Source of the DNA: Pyrinomonadaceae bacterium
Lineage (GTDB): Bacteria; Acidobacteriota; Blastocatellia; Pyrinomonadales; Pyrinomonadaceae
NCBI GenBank assembly: GCA_046313635.1
Contig: JBKBYA010000006.1
Coordinates: 64,001 to 128,000, forward strand
Direction of reading: 5' to 3'
Length of the DNA: 64,000 bases
Part shown: piece after piece, positions 51,701 to 60,911 of the stretch
Numbering within the stretch: the stretch's first letter is position 1
Layout of the letters: each line of letters begins with the position of its first letter
Notes under the pieces: model-generated
Told to the model about the DNA's origin: nothing
Seen by the model: only the letters and a program-made list of their open reading frames with translations
The model's database searches: none
Program-made: the position numbers and the translations under genes

Positions 51701-51996
51701 CCCGGCAGCAGGTCTTCGGGCTGGCGGACGTAAGGAACGATCTTCTCGGGCGGCTGAATGACGCAGCCGCTCAATCCGGCGAGAGCGAGCGAGGCGCCCA
51801 TCACCTTGATAAAGTTGCGGCGGCTCAGCGAGTCGTCCCAGACCTCGGCCTGCGACGGGTATTCCTGCTTGACCGCGTCGGCAAACTCAGGAGTGTCGAT
51901 AAACTCCTCGAGGCTGCGCCAATACTGCTTTCCGTTCTGAGACAAGATCTTTTCCCTCAGGCGGGCAAAGCTCTGTTTGCTGTCTTGACTGGACAT
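48778..51996 (-). CDS. actB: Alternative complex III subunit B (TAT-exported molybdopterin-oxidoreductase-like plus Fe-S domain)
   Basis: YWRSL, SRRNFIK TAT motif, CVGCNACVIAC, CQQCEQAPCEVVCP, CVGTRYCSNNCP, KCTFC. Confidence 0.93.
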   Translation of the reverse strand: MSSQDSKQSFARLREKILSQNGKQYWRSLEEFIDTPEFADAVKQEYPSQAEVWDDSLSRRNFIKVMGASLALAGLSGCVIQPPEKIVPYVRQPEDLLPGKPLFFATTFTLGGQAMGVLAKSYDGRPIKIEGNPEHPNSRGATDVRAQASLLDMYDPDRAKEVTFRGDSRSWQSFASEIRSQLDANRADGGAGIRFLTQTVTSPTLIDQFRRLSAELPNAKWFQYEPVNQDNAMQGAKMAFGSPVQTVYHIDKAEKVLSLDADIFSSFNVGYINDYAKARRWAADKREINRLYTVESKLSLTGAKADHRLAVKPSQVVEVAKAFAAALGVGGASSLGGEQAAWVAAAAKDLQASSGRSLVIAGDQAPPIVHALAHAMNAKLGAVGATVTYIDPLSPNADRPQVEQLRELIADIDAGRVKMLVILGGNPVYDSPADLKLTLDRLNNKVPLRVYLGTHHNETAEVCQWFVNEKHYLEMWGDARAYDGTVSLMQPLIEPLYEGHSIYEVVQLFFKENYDRKDYDIVKGYWQTQNLGGSAAPAAPQGAAANAAAQPAAAGTNFEDRWRSVVHLGLIPGSAGTPKTPSVNTAFLAQSTPASPASGQLEINILPDPSVYDGRFNNNGWLQELPRPLTKTTWENIAFISPRTAAELGINAGEDYDPYAGGREGYSFINTRGGNLHSDLVNLKFQGAQIGKQVPMWIVPGQPDGVVTIFMGYGRTRSGQVGNNLGYNAFDVMRSDAMYAGLGEIAKTGESTTIASTQTHFNMEGRDLLRRVDVEQLNAHPEMGKQKDFYPYSMYPYEQHQETYNKNHKWAMTIDINNCVGCNACVIACQAENNIPVVGKEQVERSREMHWLRIDAYYKGDDINAVEGPAFQPVLCQQCEQAPCEVVCPVHATVHSAEGLNDMVYNRCVGTRYCSNNCPYKVRRFNFFLYQDWNTPQYKLMRNPEVSIRSRGVMEKCTFCVQRIAAARIEAQKDDRPIQDGEIMTACQAACPTNVFSFGDMRDENSQIAKAKKDPRNYMLLNELNTQPRTTYLAGLKNQNKEMPDYKEGVWGFEDSMEHNAEAQPGPVEGGH

Positions 51997-52125
51997 CTTT
52001 TCTTCGATCCTTTTCGTTTGGTCCGCCCCGGGTAGCGGGCGGCTATTCTCGGAGAACCGCGGTTCTCCACTATCGACAGCGTTAACGCTCGTTCGCTGTC
52101 GTCCGGCATCGACCGGAACAAAACT

Positions 52126-52785
52126 TTACCGGTGACACGTCGAGCAGCTCGTCAGCATCTCGCGGCTCCGGATCTTGTAGTCCTCTGCCAGCTTCTTTCG
52201 CTCGTCGGCGTTAAGGTCGCGGTCGGCCCACTGCATGTTGTAGATCTCCGATCTGGGCCGGATGAAATTCTCAGGATTGCGGTGGCACTGCAGGCACCAT
52301 TCCATCTGCAGAGTATTTTCCTGATAGACGGCCGGCATATTGTCGATCTGGCCGTGGCATGTCGAGCAGCCGACGCCCTTTGCCACGTGAATGCTGTGGT
52401 TGAAGTAAACGTACTCGGGAAGGTCGTGAACGCGCTCCCACTTGATCGGCTTATTCTCGCGCAGGCTCGCACGGATGGGTTCGAGATACGGACTGTCGGC
52501 AAAGAGCTGGCTGTGGCAGTTCATACAGGTCTGCGTCGGCGGCATTCCCGCGGTAGCGGTGGTCTCGACCGTGCTGTGGCAGTAGCGGCAGTCGATGCCG
52601 TCGTCGCCGACGTGGTGCTTGTGACTGAACTGCACGGGCTGCTGCTTCTCTATATATCGTCCCGTGAGGTACGACGATCGTGCGACCTGCGTATAGACGT
52701 AGAAGGCCGTCCCCGCGAGGACGACGACGACGACCATGCTGATCCTCGCGATGTTGTTTGCACTTCGGTGAAAAAATTGCGCCAT
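52126..52785 (-). CDS. actA: Alternative complex III subunit A (pentaheme cytochrome c)
   Basis: Five CxxCH motifs (CRYCH, CMNCH, CSTCH, CLQCH, CSTCH) and QPVQFSHKHH. Confidence 0.92.
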   Translation of the reverse strand: MAQFFHRSANNIARISMVVVVVLAGTAFYVYTQVARSSYLTGRYIEKQQPVQFSHKHHVGDDGIDCRYCHSTVETTATAGMPPTQTCMNCHSQLFADSPYLEPIRASLRENKPIKWERVHDLPEYVYFNHSIHVAKGVGCSTCHGQIDNMPAVYQENTLQMEWCLQCHRNPENFIRPRSEIYNMQWADRDLNADERKKLAEDYKIRSREMLTSCSTCHR

Positions 52786-53047
52786 TCTGCCGATCCTCTC
52801 GTCCTGGATTGCAACATACAAATCGCCGAGGCCCCTCAACTCTCGAAGCAGTGGGCAAACCTCCGACGATTTAAGATTCAGGAATGTAGCTGCGTAATAA
52901 CCAAGAAAGATTTTACAAAATCTGTTTGTTTCCGCAACTTCAACCTAAAAATTTAGAACGCGGCGTGCCCGAGCGGCAACCGGCCATAAATTAGTTTGGC
53001 TCATCCGGCAAATAAAAATTCCGGAAGGCCGCGAAAAGCTCCGGTCG

Positions 53048-53968
53048 CTAACGGGTCAGGAGTGCGGCCCCGATCGCCGCGGCGTCGTCGCCGAGCTCGC
53101 CGACGACGATCCGCGTAGCTTGAAATGCGGGTCTGAACGAGAATTCACGCGCCGTATTGACGATCGAGTCGAGCAGGGCGCCGCCGGCTCGCATCGTCCG
53201 TCCGCCGAGAACGATGACAGGCACGTTAAGCAGATTGATGACGGTGGATATCGCGACGCCGATGTACGTGCCGGTCCGCTCCATCATCATCGTCGCAAAG
53301 TCGTCCTCGCCGGCCGCGGCCTCGATGATGTCGTCGACGGTGATCGCCGATTCGTCGAGGCGATTGAGCGAGGAGGTGCTGTCCTGGTGAAAGCGGCTGC
53401 GTGTGCGGCGGACGATATTCCCCGCGGAGGCGACGTCCTCCAGACGCAGCCCGTCGGCGTTGACGGCGACCGAGCCAAACTCCCCCGCGTAACCCGACGC
53501 TCCGTGCCAGATCTTGCCGTCGACGATCAGGGCCCCGCCGACGCCCGTGCCGAATGTCGCGTAGAACATACTCTGGCTGCCGCGTCCCGCGCCGAGGACG
53601 TACTCGCCGTAGGCGGCCGCGTTGGCGTCATTCTCGAGTATCGCGGCGACGCCGGTCGCAAACTCGATCTCGCGGCCGATGTCGGTCGTCGAGTGCGAAG
53701 GGATGTATGTCGAGACCGCGACGCGGCGCGTCTCGCGGTCTATCAGACCGGGGATCGCGATGCCGGCGCGTTCAAACTCGCCGAGGTCCTGCTTCAACTC
53801 GTGAATGAACGCGATAAGCTCAGCGACCGAGTCGCCGGTGCTGCTGACCGGCTTTCGCCGGCGGGTCACGGGACGGCCGTCATTATCGAGGCAGACCGCG
53901 TTGAGGTCGGAGACCGACGCGTCGATGCCGACAAATTTCGAAGGCCCGGCGGGCACACTGCTGCTCAT
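53048..53968 (-). CDS. ROK family protein
   Basis: GIAIPGLID, ENDANAAAYGE, GTGVGGALIVDGKIWHGASGYAGEFG. Confidence 0.88.
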   Translation of the reverse strand: MSSSVPAGPSKFVGIDASVSDLNAVCLDNDGRPVTRRRKPVSSTGDSVAELIAFIHELKQDLGEFERAGIAIPGLIDRETRRVAVSTYIPSHSTTDIGREIEFATGVAAILENDANAAAYGEYVLGAGRGSQSMFYATFGTGVGGALIVDGKIWHGASGYAGEFGSVAVNADGLRLEDVASAGNIVRRTRSRFHQDSTSSLNRLDESAITVDDIIEAAAGEDDFATMMMERTGTYIGVAISTVINLLNVPVIVLGGRTMRAGGALLDSIVNTAREFSFRPAFQATRIVVGELGDDAAAIGAALLTR

Positions 53969-54135
53969 CCTTTCACTCCAGATACGATCGGAACGGTGCG
54001 TGAACTGCGGCAATTTTAGGCACGCACGACGACGGGTGTCAATCAGGTCGCCGAGACGGCAATTGTTTGACGGATAATCCTGCGAAAGTTACTCTTTTGT
54101 TACGTCAAAACAGGCGGCGCCCACACGTCGATCTT

Positions 54136-54897
54136 ATGGATCATGCCTTAACTCAGATCATCGAGACATACGGGATATATGCCGTTTTCGCCCTGTGCAC
54201 CGTCGAGGGCGACATCACTCTCCTGTTGTCCGGGGTCATGGCCCACAGCGGATTCTTTGGGCATTACAGCTTTTTCAAGGTCCTCATCTTCGGCACGCTC
54301 GGCGGGATGGCGGGCGATCTGGCGGCGTACTTTGTGGGCCGGCGCTTTCACGACTCGGTAAAGAATTATTCCTTTTATCAAATGGCCCAGCCGCGCATCG
54401 AGCGGCTCGTCGACAAATTCGGCCCGTACGCGATCGTCATCTCAAAGTACATCTACGGCCTGCGCATCGCGATCACGCTCTTTTACGGTATAGGGCGGAT
54501 GCCTTTTTGGCGTTTTTTGTGGCTCGACGCGGTGAGCTGCTTTATCTGGGTCTTTTTGCTGAGCGGCGCCGGATACTTTTTCAGCGGGGCCATCACGTCG
54601 ATCATCGGCGACTTTCAGCAGATCGGCATCGCGCTGTTCTTTATCGTGCTGACCGGCGTCATCGTCTTTTACGTGCTGGAACGCTTCTGGCTGTCGGAGA
54701 AGGTCGAGGAAGCAAGCCCCGAGACGATACACAAGATCGAGGAGACCCTTCACGGTATCGAAGAGGTCGCGCACGTCAAGCTTCACGACCTCTCGGAAAA
54801 GCTCCATATCGCCCGCGAGCACCCCGCCGAGGACAAGGACGCCGCTCCTGCGGCCGCCCCTCCGCTCGCCGAATCGAAAAAGGCCGCCCGCAAGTAG
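54136..54897 (+). CDS. DedA family membrane protein
   Basis: VEGD, GDLAAYFVGR, SKYIYGLR, MPFWRF. Confidence 0.88.
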   Translation: MDHALTQIIETYGIYAVFALCTVEGDITLLLSGVMAHSGFFGHYSFFKVLIFGTLGGMAGDLAAYFVGRRFHDSVKNYSFYQMAQPRIERLVDKFGPYAIVISKYIYGLRIAITLFYGIGRMPFWRFLWLDAVSCFIWVFLLSGAGYFFSGAITSIIGDFQQIGIALFFIVLTGVIVFYVLERFWLSEKVEEASPETIHKIEETLHGIEEVAHVKLHDLSEKLHIAREHPAEDKDAAPAAAPPLAESKKAARK

Positions 54898-54980
54898 TCC
54901 GCTCGCGATATTGAATCGCCGCCGACTTACGCTAAACTAACTCGTCATCCTTTTTCGTTTTCTGAGGAAATAGCAACCAA

Positions 54981-55988
54981 GTGATCATCGAATCTACCGC
55001 GCCCACGAGGGTCGATCTCGCCGGCGGCACCATCGACATTCCGCCGCTGTACTTGTTTCACGAAGGCGCAGCTACGGTGAATTTCGCCGTCAGCCTGCTC
55101 GCCAAATGCCGCATCGAGACCCGAACAGACGACAAGGTCGTGCTCGAGTCGATCGACCGCGGTCTGCGATTTGAGACACGGCTCGACAGCATTCACGAGC
55201 TCAAGAACGAACCGCGGCTCGAGCTGCTGTCAAAGCTCGTTTACTTTTTCAGGCCCGAGACGGGCTTTACGATGACGACGCTCTCCGAGGCTCCGGCCGG
55301 TGCCGGGCTCGCGGGCTCGTCGACGCTGAATATCGCCTGCATCGGCGCTCTCAACAAGCTTGTGGGCGACCGCTACTCGCCCGAACGATTTATCCCGATC
55401 GCCGCCGCGATCGAATGCCAGGTGATCAAGGTGCCGACCGGTTATCAGGACTATTACTCGGCTCAGTTTGGCGGCGTTTCGTGCATTCACTTTGGCCCGG
55501 CGGGAATGCACCGCGAGGCGCTCGACGTCGATCCGTCCACGCTCGAGGAGCGCATCGTCGTCATCTATACCGGCGAGCCGCGCAATTCGGGGACCAACAA
55601 CTGGGAGATCACCAAACGCCACATCGACGGCGACCCGGAGCTATTCGATATTTTTGAAGGCATCCGCGACACTTCGCTCACGCTTCGCGACGAGCTGATC
55701 GCCGGCGACTGGACGGCCGTCGGCGAAACGCTCCGCAAGGCATACCCGCAGCGCAAGCGCCTCTCGCCTCACATCACGACGCCGCATATGGACGAACTTA
55801 TCGACGCCGCACTTGCCAGCGGCGCCATCGCCGCAAAGGTCTGCGGAGCGGGCGGCGGCGGCTGCATCGCCTTTTACTGCCGCGAAGGCCGCCGCGACGA
55901 GGTCGTCTCGGCAATGAACGCCGCCGAGGGCGCCGAAGTGCTGAATTGGCGCGTCGATACCGACGGCCTGCGTGTGACGGTCTCGTAA
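54981..55988 (+). CDS. GHMP family sugar kinase (HddA-like)
   Basis: APTRVDLAGG, PAGAGLAGSS, GYQDY, KVCGAGGGG. Confidence 0.88.
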   Translation: MIIESTAPTRVDLAGGTIDIPPLYLFHEGAATVNFAVSLLAKCRIETRTDDKVVLESIDRGLRFETRLDSIHELKNEPRLELLSKLVYFFRPETGFTMTTLSEAPAGAGLAGSSTLNIACIGALNKLVGDRYSPERFIPIAAAIECQVIKVPTGYQDYYSAQFGGVSCIHFGPAGMHREALDVDPSTLEERIVVIYTGEPRNSGTNNWEITKRHIDGDPELFDIFEGIRDTSLTLRDELIAGDWTAVGETLRKAYPQRKRLSPHITTPHMDELIDAALASGAIAAKVCGAGGGGCIAFYCREGRRDEVVSAMNAAEGAEVLNWRVDTDGLRVTVS

Positions 55989-56090
55989 ACGCACGGTACC
56001 TCGAGCCAGCCCGCGCGAACGGGAACGCACCGCGCAAAACGAGGCCGCCCTTTCAGGTAGCCTCTCTAATGCACGCGGTGTCCTTCGTCT

Positions 56091-56795
56091 CTAGACCGAA
56101 ACGGCCGCTCCGACGGCCAGGTTGAGCGAGCGAAAGATCGGCAGACCGTCGCTCGAGCCGAGCAGTCCCTCACATGCGCGTTCCGGATGCGGCATCATCC
56201 CGAGCACGTTGCGGTCAAGATTACAGATGCCGGCGATATTCGAACCGGCACCGTTGGGATTGGCCGCCTTTGTGATCTCGCCCTTTTCGTCGCAATAGCG
56301 AAAGACTATCTGCCCGTTCTCTTCGAGCTGCCGCATCGTCGCCTCGTCACAGACGTAATTGCCCTCGGCGTGCGCGATCGGCAGAGAGAGGATCGCACCT
56401 TTTTCGAGCTCGCTCGTGAACGGCGTGTTATTGTTCTCGACCCGTACGTTGACGTGGCGGCAGACGAAGTGCAGATTCTCGTTGCGGATCAGCGCTCCCG
56501 GCAGCAGGCCGGCCTCGCAGAGTATCTGAAAGCCGTTGCAGATGCCGAAAACGAACTTCCCCTCGGCCGCAAACTCCTTGACCGCACCCATCACCGGCGA
56601 AAACCTCGCCAGCGCTCCCGCACGCAGATAATCGCCGTACGAGAATCCGCCCGGGATCAATATCGCGTCGTACCCGCTCAGATCGGTCTCTTTGTGCCAG
56701 ATAAAATCGACCGGCTGACCGACATGCTTTGACAGCACATGATAAGCGTCGTGGTCACAATTGGAACCGGGAAAAACTATTACTCCGAATTTCAT
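56091..56795 (-). CDS. purQ: FGAM synthase glutaminase subunit
   Basis: [33 protein letters not shown]. Confidence 0.97.
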   Translation of the reverse strand: MKFGVIVFPGSNCDHDAYHVLSKHVGQPVDFIWHKETDLSGYDAILIPGGFSYGDYLRAGALARFSPVMGAVKEFAAEGKFVFGICNGFQILCEAGLLPGALIRNENLHFVCRHVNVRVENNNTPFTSELEKGAILSLPIAHAEGNYVCDEATMRQLEENGQIVFRYCDEKGEITKAANPNGAGSNIAGICNLDRNVLGMMPHPERACEGLLGSSDGLPIFRSLNLAVGAAVSV

Positions 56796-57223
56796 GGGTT
56801 TGGTTTTGGTTCGTTGTTCGTTGATCGTTGTTCGTTGATCGTTGATCGCTGCTTTTCGAGGATCATCCTGCCGATAGAGTTGGCGTATGACTTCAACTTC
56901 GGAGCGAGCTCATCAAGCAGCGGCTTTAACAAGTCGATCTGGTCACCGGTCAGCAGTTTTCGCTTGTATGCTCGCCGCAGCCAGTGCTTTGTTTCGTTAA
57001 CCGAGCCGCGGGCGATGTAAATAAAACGCTCGTTATCCTGCAACCCGAAACGGCCGGTTCCTTCGGCGATATTAGCCCCAATACTGTCTGCCGCTCGAAT
57101 GAGCTGCTTGCCGACCAAATCTCTAGCCAGATCGTCCCAGGACGAGACGATCTCCCAAACGCGGTCCGCGATCGCCTCCGCGAGCTGGTAGACACGCAAG
57201 TTCTCAAAATTGCTCCGCTCCAT
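56792..57223 (-). CDS. Four helix bundle protein (23S rRNA IVP / TIGR02436-like), copy 3
   Basis: [10 protein letters not shown]...[19 protein letters not shown]...[13 protein letters not shown]. The C-terminal tail is encoded by the heptamer repeat and the stop overlaps the purQ ATG (ATGA). Confidence 0.92.
   Translation of the reverse strand: MERSNFENLRVYQLAEAIADRVWEIVSSWDDLARDLVGKQLIRAADSIGANIAEGTGRFGLQDNERFIYIARGSVNETKHWLRRAYKRKLLTGDQIDLLKPLLDELAPKLKSYANSIGRMILEKQRSTINEQRSTNNEPKPNP
56810..56851. repeat. Heptamer array (WTCGTTG x6), left arm around four-helix-bundle gene 3
   Basis: ttcgttg-ttcgttg-atcgttg-ttcgttg-atcgttg-atcgctg. Confidence 0.9.
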
Positions 57224-57235
57224 ACACTGCCATTG

Positions 57236-57277
57236 CAACGATCAACGAACCACCAACAACGATCAAAGCTCAACGAT
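57236..57277. repeat. Heptamer array (CAACGAW x6, degenerate), right arm, inverted relative to 56810-56851
   Basis: caacgat-caacgaa-ccaccaa-caacgat-caaagct-caacgat; overlaps the last codons and stop of purS. Confidence 0.85.
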
Positions 57278-57511
57278 CTCAACCCTGTAATCCTCGATGA
57301 CCGGATTTGCCAGGATGTCTCTCGCGATCTTTTCGGCGGACTCGCGGGCCTCGTCTTCGGTCGCCGAGTCGTTGATCTCGATCTCGAAGTACTTCCCTTG
57401 ACGAATATCGTCGATCTTTTCAAAGCCGAGCAGTTCGGCCGAGTGATGGATCGCTTTGCCCTGCGGATCGAGCACGCCTGATTTGAGTGTCACGTATACT
57501 TTCGCCTTCAT
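57263..57511 (-). CDS. purS: FGAM synthase subunit PurS
   Basis: VTLKSGVLDPQGKAI, RQGKYFEI, LANPVIEDY. Confidence 0.96.
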   Translation of the reverse strand: MKAKVYVTLKSGVLDPQGKAIHHSAELLGFEKIDDIRQGKYFEIEINDSATEDEARESAEKIARDILANPVIEDYRVEIVEL

Positions 57512-57653
57512 TTATTGCTCCGAAATAAATTGTAGATTCTGGCCCAGCACGTTGTAGAAATCAAAGTCTTGTGCTAATTTTCTGGCGAATTTGGCTTTCC
57601 GTAACCCCGCAGCTCGTGCGAAGGATATCCAAAAAAGGAGAACTTCAGATCAA

Positions 57654-58037
57654 ATGCAAAATCAAAAGTCTGCGATCGGATTAGATGCGAACATTACAGC
57701 GCTTATCGGTTACCCGATCGGCATACTCGCCCTCGTTCTCATCTTCATTGAAAAGGAGAACAAGTTTGTCCGGTTTCACGCAATCCAGTCAGTGCTATGG
57801 TCTGTCGCTCTGACGGTTCTCATCATATTGATTGCGATCGTCGGGACCGTCATCGGGCTGGTAGCTGCGTCGATGTCTGAGACTCTGGCATGGGCCGTCG
57901 GAGCAGTCATTGTCCTTATTTACTTCGGTGCCTTCATCGGCCTCTTTGCGGGGATCATCTATGGTGCGGTAAAGGCCTACGGCGGCAGTATGGCCAAGCT
58001 TCCATTTGTTGGCGGCTTTGCCGAAAAATGGTCGTAA
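57654..58037 (+). CDS. DUF4870-like membrane protein
   Basis: 'EKENKFVRFHAIQS', 'AYGG...KLPFVG'; AAAGGAG upstream. Confidence 0.8.
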   Translation: MQNQKSAIGLDANITALIGYPIGILALVLIFIEKENKFVRFHAIQSVLWSVALTVLIILIAIVGTVIGLVAASMSETLAWAVGAVIVLIYFGAFIGLFAGIIYGAVKAYGGSMAKLPFVGGFAEKWS

Positions 58038-58115
58038 TGCCGTGCGGCCGCACTCTTGTCCTCGTCACCTTATCTTTTGCAACTGCCGGCCGTCCGGTAA
58101 TTCAATTTTAAATGT

Positions 58116-58475
58116 ATGAACGGTTATTTCCCGGGTAAACTGCAGGCCGTTGCGATCGTCCAGACAGTGATCGGATCCCTCCAAATTGTCGGCAGTATTT
58201 TTTTAGCGGTTTGGGTGCTGATCTTCGGCATCGCCACTTTCGGTGTCGGGCTTATAATGATCCCGATCCCGATCGTTTATCTCATCGTCGGGATCCTGTC
58301 GCTCGTTGCCGGTATCAAAGGCCTGCAGCGCACGCCAGCATTCGGCCTTAGTTTCGGCGTCGCTATCGCCCAGATGTTCGGAATATTCTTGTGCGACGTG
58401 GTCAGCTTCGGATGTGGGCTTGCAGGTCTGATCCTTCTGCTCCAGCCCGAGGTCAAATCATATTACGGGCGGTGA
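58116..58475 (+). CDS. Hypothetical membrane protein
   Basis: 119-aa hydrophobic ORF ending 'LLQPEVKSYY'. Confidence 0.65.
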   Translation: MNGYFPGKLQAVAIVQTVIGSLQIVGSIFLAVWVLIFGIATFGVGLIMIPIPIVYLIVGILSLVAGIKGLQRTPAFGLSFGVAIAQMFGIFLCDVVSFGCGLAGLILLLQPEVKSYYGR

Positions 58476-58482
58476 CGACGGT

Positions 58483-59781
58483 TCACATCTTGCCAAATAC
58501 CCTCGCAAAAACTTTGTCGACATTTCGCAGATAGTGCTTTAGATCAAAGACGCGGGCAATTTCCTCCGGCGAGAGATGTGAGGAGATGTCCGCGTCTCGC
58601 ATTACAAGCTCCTTGTACTCGCCCCCCTCGTCCCACACCTTCATCGCGTTTCGCTGCGTGTAAACGTACGCGTCCTCGCGCGAGACGCCCTTTTGCGTGA
58701 GTGCGAGCATGAGCTGCCCGCTGAAGACAAGCCCGCGCGTGAGCTCGAGATTCTTCATCATGTTCTCGGGGTAAACGACGAGCGTGTCGAGCAGCGATGT
58801 CGCTTTGGCGAGAATGTAGTCGAGCGCGGCGGACGAATCGGGCAGCACGATGCGCTCGGCAGACGAGTGCGAAATGTCGCGCTCGTGCCAGAGGGCGATG
58901 TTCTCGAGACCAACGATCGCGTTAGCTCGGACGGTGCGGGCCATTCCGCAGATGCGCTCCGAGAGGATCGGGTTACGCTTGTGCGGCATCGCGGACGAGC
59001 CCTTCTGCCCGGTCTTGAACTTCTCCTGCGCCTCGCGCACCTCGGTCCGCTGCCAGTGCCTCACTTGCAGCGCGATCTTCTCGAGCGTGCCGGCGATGAT
59101 CGCGAGCGTCGAGAGATACTCGGCGTAACGGTCGCGCTGAATGACTTGCGTCGAGACGTCGGCGGCCTTGATACCAAGCCGCTCGCATACGCGCTCCTCG
59201 ACGCTCGGGTCGAGATGCGCAAAAGCGCCGACCGCTCCGCTGATCTTGCCGACGGCGACCCGCTCGCGTGCGGTCTGCAGGCGCTCGCGGTTGCGCTGCA
59301 TTTCCGAGTACCAGAGCGCCCACGTCAGCCCGAACGATGTCGGCTCGGCGTGGATGCCGTGCGTGCGGCCGATCTGCGGCGTGTCTTTGAATTCGAACGC
59401 GCGGCGCTTGAGCACTTCCATCAGCTCGTCGACCTTTGCGAGCAGAATGTCGCACGCCTCCTTGAGCAGCAACGCATTCGCAGTGTCGACGACGTCGCTC
59501 GACGTCAGCCCGTAATGCACAAATCTGGCCGCAGGCCCGATGTTCTCCGCAAGATTCGTCGTAAAGGCGATCACGTCGTGGTCGGTCGTCTTCTCGATCT
59601 CGTTGACGCGCTCGACCGTGAAAGCCGCCTTCGCCTTTATCTCCTCGAGCGCGTCCGCCGGGATGACGCCGTCCTCGGCGTGCACCTCGCAGACGGCGAT
59701 CTCGACGTCGAGCCATTTCTGGAACTTGTTCTGGAGCGACCAAACGGCGCCCATTTCAGGAAGTGTGTAGCGTTCGATCAT
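58483..59781 (-). CDS. purB: Adenylosuccinate lyase
   Basis: MIERY, HYGLTSSD, GRTHGIHAEP, GSSAMPHKRNP. Confidence 0.97.
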   Translation of the reverse strand: MIERYTLPEMGAVWSLQNKFQKWLDVEIAVCEVHAEDGVIPADALEEIKAKAAFTVERVNEIEKTTDHDVIAFTTNLAENIGPAARFVHYGLTSSDVVDTANALLLKEACDILLAKVDELMEVLKRRAFEFKDTPQIGRTHGIHAEPTSFGLTWALWYSEMQRNRERLQTARERVAVGKISGAVGAFAHLDPSVEERVCERLGIKAADVSTQVIQRDRYAEYLSTLAIIAGTLEKIALQVRHWQRTEVREAQEKFKTGQKGSSAMPHKRNPILSERICGMARTVRANAIVGLENIALWHERDISHSSAERIVLPDSSAALDYILAKATSLLDTLVVYPENMMKNLELTRGLVFSGQLMLALTQKGVSREDAYVYTQRNAMKVWDEGGEYKELVMRDADISSHLSPEEIARVFDLKHYLRNVDKVFARVFGKM

Positions 59782-60908
59782 AGGTCTCGGTTGTCAGGCG
59801 TGTCCTCAGCGGCGGCCGCCTCCTCTCGCGCTTCGTCGAGAGCCTCGCGATTCAGCTCCGTGTTCCGATCACCGAGCACGTCCTCGATATAGACCATCTG
59901 GACAAGCACCATGACCATCGCGAGCAGAGGCGTAGCGAGCACGAGCCCGAGCCCGCCGACGAGCACGGCGAGCGAGAGCTGAAACATGATCGTCAGTGCC
60001 GGCGGCAGCTCGACGGTCTCTTTTTCGATCAGCGGCGTGACGATGTTTGACTCGATGAGCTGCACGATCACGTAGAGCCCTGCGGTGTAGAGTGCCTTTT
60101 GCGGGCTGTCGACGAATGCCAAAAGGATCGCCGGCAGCGCCGAGAGTATCGGCCCAAAGTTTGGAATGAATGACAGCAGCCCCGCCAGCAGCCCAAGCGT
60201 CAAAGCGAGCCGCACGTCGAGGATCGACAGACCGATCCACGTCAGCACGCCGATGAACAGCATCGAGCCGGCCTTGCCGATCAGCCACCAGCGAAGCATC
60301 GATCCGGTCGCCGAGACGATCTCGAGCACGCGCCGGCGCGTCGCGATCGGGAACAGCTTTACAAGGCCGCCGATATAGAACGCCGGGCTCGCCGCGAAAT
60401 ACACCGCGAGCAGCACCGTGATGAGAAAGTTGCCGACCGCTCCGACCGTCGAAGAAAAAACTCCGCCGACGCTCGTCAGAAAGGTCGATGCGCTGACGCC
60501 CCTCATCACCTCGTCAAAGCTCGGCAACTGATTGAGCAGCGTGCGGCCCCAGCCGAATTGCGAGACGTAATCGGCCGCGGCCCTCGCAGAACGCGGCAGA
60601 TCGGTGCGAAGGTGATCGATCTCGCTGCCGACATTCGGCGCGAGCAGCACGATAGCCGCGGCCGCCGTGACCAGCAAAAAGACCGCGACGATCATCACTC
60701 GCCAGCCTTCGCTTATCTTGACGACATAGCCAAGTACGTCGCCAAGGCCTCGCAAAAAGATCGACAGAAGCACCGCCGCAAAGATCAGCAGCAGAACGTC
60801 GAACGTGAAGTAAATGAGTACGAGTACGAGTAAAGTGAGGACGACGAGGCCGATGACGATCAAAACTCGCTCGGCAAAGGTCTTGTCCGGGTCTTCGCGT
60901 TTCAGCAT
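59778..60908 (-). CDS. AI-2E family transporter
   Basis: Polytopic; LLSFIPNFGP, QLIESNIVTP, GLVLATP. Confidence 0.9.
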   Translation of the reverse strand: MLKREDPDKTFAERVLIVIGLVVLTLLVLVLIYFTFDVLLLIFAAVLLSIFLRGLGDVLGYVVKISEGWRVMIVAVFLLVTAAAAIVLLAPNVGSEIDHLRTDLPRSARAAADYVSQFGWGRTLLNQLPSFDEVMRGVSASTFLTSVGGVFSSTVGAVGNFLITVLLAVYFAASPAFYIGGLVKLFPIATRRRVLEIVSATGSMLRWWLIGKAGSMLFIGVLTWIGLSILDVRLALTLGLLAGLLSFIPNFGPILSALPAILLAFVDSPQKALYTAGLYVIVQLIESNIVTPLIEKETVELPPALTIMFQLSLAVLVGGLGLVLATPLLAMVMVLVQMVYIEDVLGDRNTELNREALDEAREEAAAAEDTPDNRDL

Positions 60909-60911
60909 TCT

